The notes below the pieces were generated by a model. The model did not search any database. It had not been told where the DNA came from and was given only the letters and a program-made list of their open reading frames with translations. Below, piece after piece: positions 19,401-23,275 of a stretch of DNA of 23,275 nucleotides. Each line of letters opens with the position of its first letter. The first letter of the stretch is position 1. Source of the stretch: Azolla caroliniana (lineage: Eukaryota > Plantae > Polypodiophyta). The DNA is taken from contig JBHGNT010000480.1 of the NCBI GenBank assembly GCA_043228905.1, positions 1 to 23,275 on the forward strand, read 5' to 3'. The translations under genes and the position numbers were made by a program.

Positions 19401-21734
19401 ATTTTCTTCCAACGTTTTGCCTTTTAGTGATTTCCTTACAATAAACAAGGGAATCTTGTTAAAAAGCAACTTCTTAACCCAAGTGTATTACTATTCTCAA
19501 CAACTTTGGAAAAGCCCATCTTACTCAATATTATTAAAGATTGTTCCATCTCTATATTAAAATTAATTCATACTATATCATGATACTTGATTCCAAGTGC
19601 CAATGGAGAACTAATCTTTATCCAATTCAATAGAAGTTAGGGATACTCTACTTGGTAATTGATTGATAAATGATAACAATTCACACAAAGGCAATATCTA
19701 TGTATTTGCTGAATTGATGGATTTTTTGAAATGTGTGCGAAATCTCAACATTTGTGCCCAATAAGTATGACAATAACATTTAGTGACTCTCCGGGGGGTA
19801 TGTGCCTTCAATGGATCACCATATATAAAGCCATGCAAATTAATGATGCAACTACATGTGTCTTATGATACTCCCCCCTCCCCAACTAGTTCTAATCAAA
19901 ACCAAACTTGGATAAGAATTAGTAAATTAACTAACTTCCCCCTAAAAAGAAGTGGTAATGTTTCATTTTATGGGAATTTGGAAGGACATCCAACCATTTA
20001 AGATTAGTATGGTTTATTTTTTTTAATCAAGAGGGACATCATGAATTTTGAACCACCCTTGAAAACAAAAACAAAAAAGTTAGCAAGAGAGCGAAATTCT
20101 CCTTGCCTAGGTTGTGTACGTTTCATATCAAATTAAGCAAAACCCTTAGTCATGTGGGGGTTAAAGAGTACTGCAACCGACTACTAGAGCACATAATGGT
20201 CCAATGCATGGTTCATGAGCCCCAAAAGTGTAGGACGTTCCCGTGTTAACATTGACATTGGGGGCAATCATATATTGGATAATTAGTTGCGAGGATATAG
20301 GTGTCATTGTTATAGCCTATACATGTGATGCTATATGGGTGACACGTGCGCATAATGCTCTTGTATTGATAGGGAGATTTATAATTTTCTTGATCTTCAC
20401 GTGACACAGACACATTGATGGCAACCAAAAAGAGACCAACCATCGCAATCGGTGGAGCAATTCCTGAATATAAACCTTGATTGGTACAACAAACAGTAGT
20501 AAATCAAGGGCAAAGGAAACTTCTTCCACTGATTACCGTGCAACTGGCAAGATAACTTGGAAAGGTCCAAAGGTACTAGTAACTACAAAGAGAATCAACA
20601 TCATGGCTAGCATGCTTAAGTCCCAAAGGCAAATTGTAACATTGCCAAAATACCAAGGACAAAAATATCAATACAAACCATCGAAAAGGTCCAAGTGACA
20701 ACCCAAATTAAATGCAAAGCAAGTCTCTATCAAGAAGTTAAACGTCAATGCTATAAAATGAGAATAAAACAAGTACACAATCTTACCAAGGACACACAAA
20801 ACAATGTTTCTTTCATTGTTTTCTATTGTGATCTATTGCTATTCAAATTCAAGATCAAAGCAAATCACGTTGTCTCTCTACATGGCTTCAAAACTCGAAG
20901 TGAATCATGTTGCCTTGCAATATGTTTATAAAAAACATATGTGAATTATGGTCTCTTCCTTGCTTCATAATCAAAATTACAAGTGAATCTGGCTGACTTA
21001 CTTATGTAGACTGCAATATAGAAAGTTCGGAAGCATAAACTAGGGAAGGTTGGGCCAATGTGGCATAAATTAAAAGCATTCATATTTTATCATATTCAAA
21101 AAGGGGGTGGCACATTTTTTCTTAAAAACAAGATGGTGACGAGAGTTCCAAAAACATTCATTAAGTCTCAAGCATCGTTCGGTTTCTTCAAGACAAACAA
21201 ATTCACTACATCAATCATAAACACACTAACACTCCAGCTAATAAAATGATGAGTACATCAATTGGATTAGCCATGGCAACCTCCTTAACATTTAATGTAC
21301 ATCTGTCTTTAGTATCAATAAAATGGGAACAAAAAAATGTCAATCCAGGATTGCCTTAATATAAGGGACAAAGAATCCTTCCCACTGGTCTGTACATTCA
21401 TATAAATAACACGATAAAACCATGTTTTAAGAGATTAAAATATAGGTTTATGATGGAGCTTTTGGTGTCAATGTTTCTGATTGCTCTATCAACACTTCAA
21501 TTCTCTGTAAAATGAAATGGAAAAGATTTGAGTTAAATACAATTGAAAAGAGATCATGTGCTAAAACAACATCCTGGAAAATGTATTGGCCCTACATACA
21601 TCTTAATTTATAAAAAAATTGTGGTGTAATGGTGAAAGCTTATGAAGCCTTTAAAACCTTTATGTCACGAGTTAAAAGTCCAGAAAAATGGGTCTAATGT
21701 GTTAATCATCGTACTAAGCATTCACATGAACAAT

Positions 21735-21965
21735 GTTTCCACCAGCTGTTAATCGACACTTTCTTCATAGAAAGATTTCCACCAACCGTTAACTAACACA
21801 ATTTCAGTTGCAGAATGTATCACTAACAGTTAACTAAAACAATTTCAGTTGAAGTGCTTTCCACTAACAGTAACTCAAATAATTTCATACGAAGATTGTT
21901 TAACTAACAACAGTTGGCACAATTTCAGCTGAAGATTTGTACACTGACAGTAAACTAACAAATTC
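21735..21965. repeat. ~40-bp minisatellite, ~6 diverged copies
   Basis: cactaacagt(t)aact..acaatttcagttgaag motif at about 21740, 21780, 21821, 21862, 21902, 21942. Confidence 0.8.
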
Positions 21966-22819
21966 TCATATGAAGACTTTTAGGTGAGTGTATTAGCACA
22001 TTTTCAGATTCATACCCCATCACTCGTACCTTTATGGAATTTCCTATGTCATCCAGCTTTCTTATAATTGTATCTTTACGAAGAGTGGATGCACTTTCTA
22101 ACGTTGCCTCGTCAGACGGAGAGTATGACATCTGGAATGAAGAATCATCCTGGTGATTAGAGCCTTTCCCATTCCAATACATTTGGATAGCTTTATGTAA
22201 TAAATTTTCCCGAAAAACTACTAAATTGTTTTTAAAAACTAACATTTTCATGTTTTAATATATTTTAAAATTTGGTAGGTCGATTTGTGTTTGTGAAAAA
22301 CGTTTTAAACATTCTAAAATCTATTAGATCATGGTGCCATATCTATTGCTGTTTTTCATAATTTAATAAGAAAACTCTAGATCTAAGAACTAAGGATTTT
22401 ACAAATATTAAACAATCAAAATCATCTCTTTTTCCAGATGAAAAGTGAGAAAGAAAATTTCACAAATACCAAAGTCCTCTCTTTTTTCAATACAAAAGTG
22501 AAAGAGCAATGCACCATGAACCAAACAAACAGATTTCTCTGATTTGTTAGATGAAAAACTGAAACATAACATTAGAGCTCATAGATTTATTTCATTGAAT
22601 TTGATACACACACAAACACACATAATTCTCTCACCTGCCATGAAGACAAACCAGTTCCTTGTTGCCATGCCCAACTCTGTGATAGAGCCCTTCGAAAGAT
22701 AGGAATGTGGGTATCTTCATGTACATCATCATCATCATTAGTCAAATTCAGCTGAGCTTCTCCTTCACTCTTCGCTTGCTCTTTCCTCAGATTGGAGACA
22801 GCCAATAACACTTTCTGCC

Positions 22820-22915
22820 CACAAATTTTGACAGATCTCATTCCATTAAATTTGATTGATACTAAATGGTGTCACCAAATCTGACAGATCATGTCATTAC
22901 ATTTGATTGATTTTC
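22820..22915. repeat. Short diverged direct repeat (~52 bp, 2 copies)
   Basis: aaat(t/c)tgacagatc...catta.atttgattgat occurs twice, with related motifs to ~23060. Confidence 0.55.
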
Positions 22916-23275
22916 ATGTTGTTAAATTTAACAAATTCACATCATTAAATTGATCCAACTTTTTCATTAGATTTCATAGAGCATGTTGTCATTGATCAAT
23001 CACGTCATTGAATCTCATTGATCATATTGTCAAATTTAAAAAACCATGCATTGAATTTGACCAACGATGTCTCTAAGTTGATGATATTAAAGCAAGTACC
23101 TTTCGGAACGTTTTTGGGTCATCAACCCCTAAAATCTGCAAATCATCCCCGGGAGGAGGCTTTCTACGACTAGCATTTTCAATCCTTATGGAATATATCC
23201 CATATGCTGACTGTAAGCAGCCTGACTAATATTTTCAAACTTTAATAAGCATTATAATTAATTAGGAAAAAGATT

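Overview
Eukaryotic land-plant nuclear DNA; a non-seed plant such as a fern is my guess only. (1) Bases 1-~4520 hold a head-to-tail array of about 32 tRNA-Pro-derived units on the minus strand (monomer about 130-160 bp) that runs off the left edge. Most copies carry disabling substitutions and a few still fold as full cloverleaves. The array has higher-order structure (a ~0.9 kb six-unit duplication and an alternating A/B dimer), and each spacer appears to hold a decayed tRNA 3' half plus, in the longer spacers, a 10-bp hairpin. (2) A 15-exon class-A (Q-rich) auxin response factor gene lies on the minus strand at 12970-5179 (~1024 aa by my splice model), ending ~740 bp from the first tRNA unit in the same orientation. 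It has a 7-aa His/Asn/Gln tandem repeat, a few substitutions at normally conserved residues, and a chain of ATGA-overlapping upstream ORFs. (3) Upstream are a compound TG-rich microsatellite, a 5'-truncated LINE with a 14-bp target-site duplication, minisatellites and unassigned AT-rich DNA. Most short ORFs in the supplied track are repeat or antisense artefacts.
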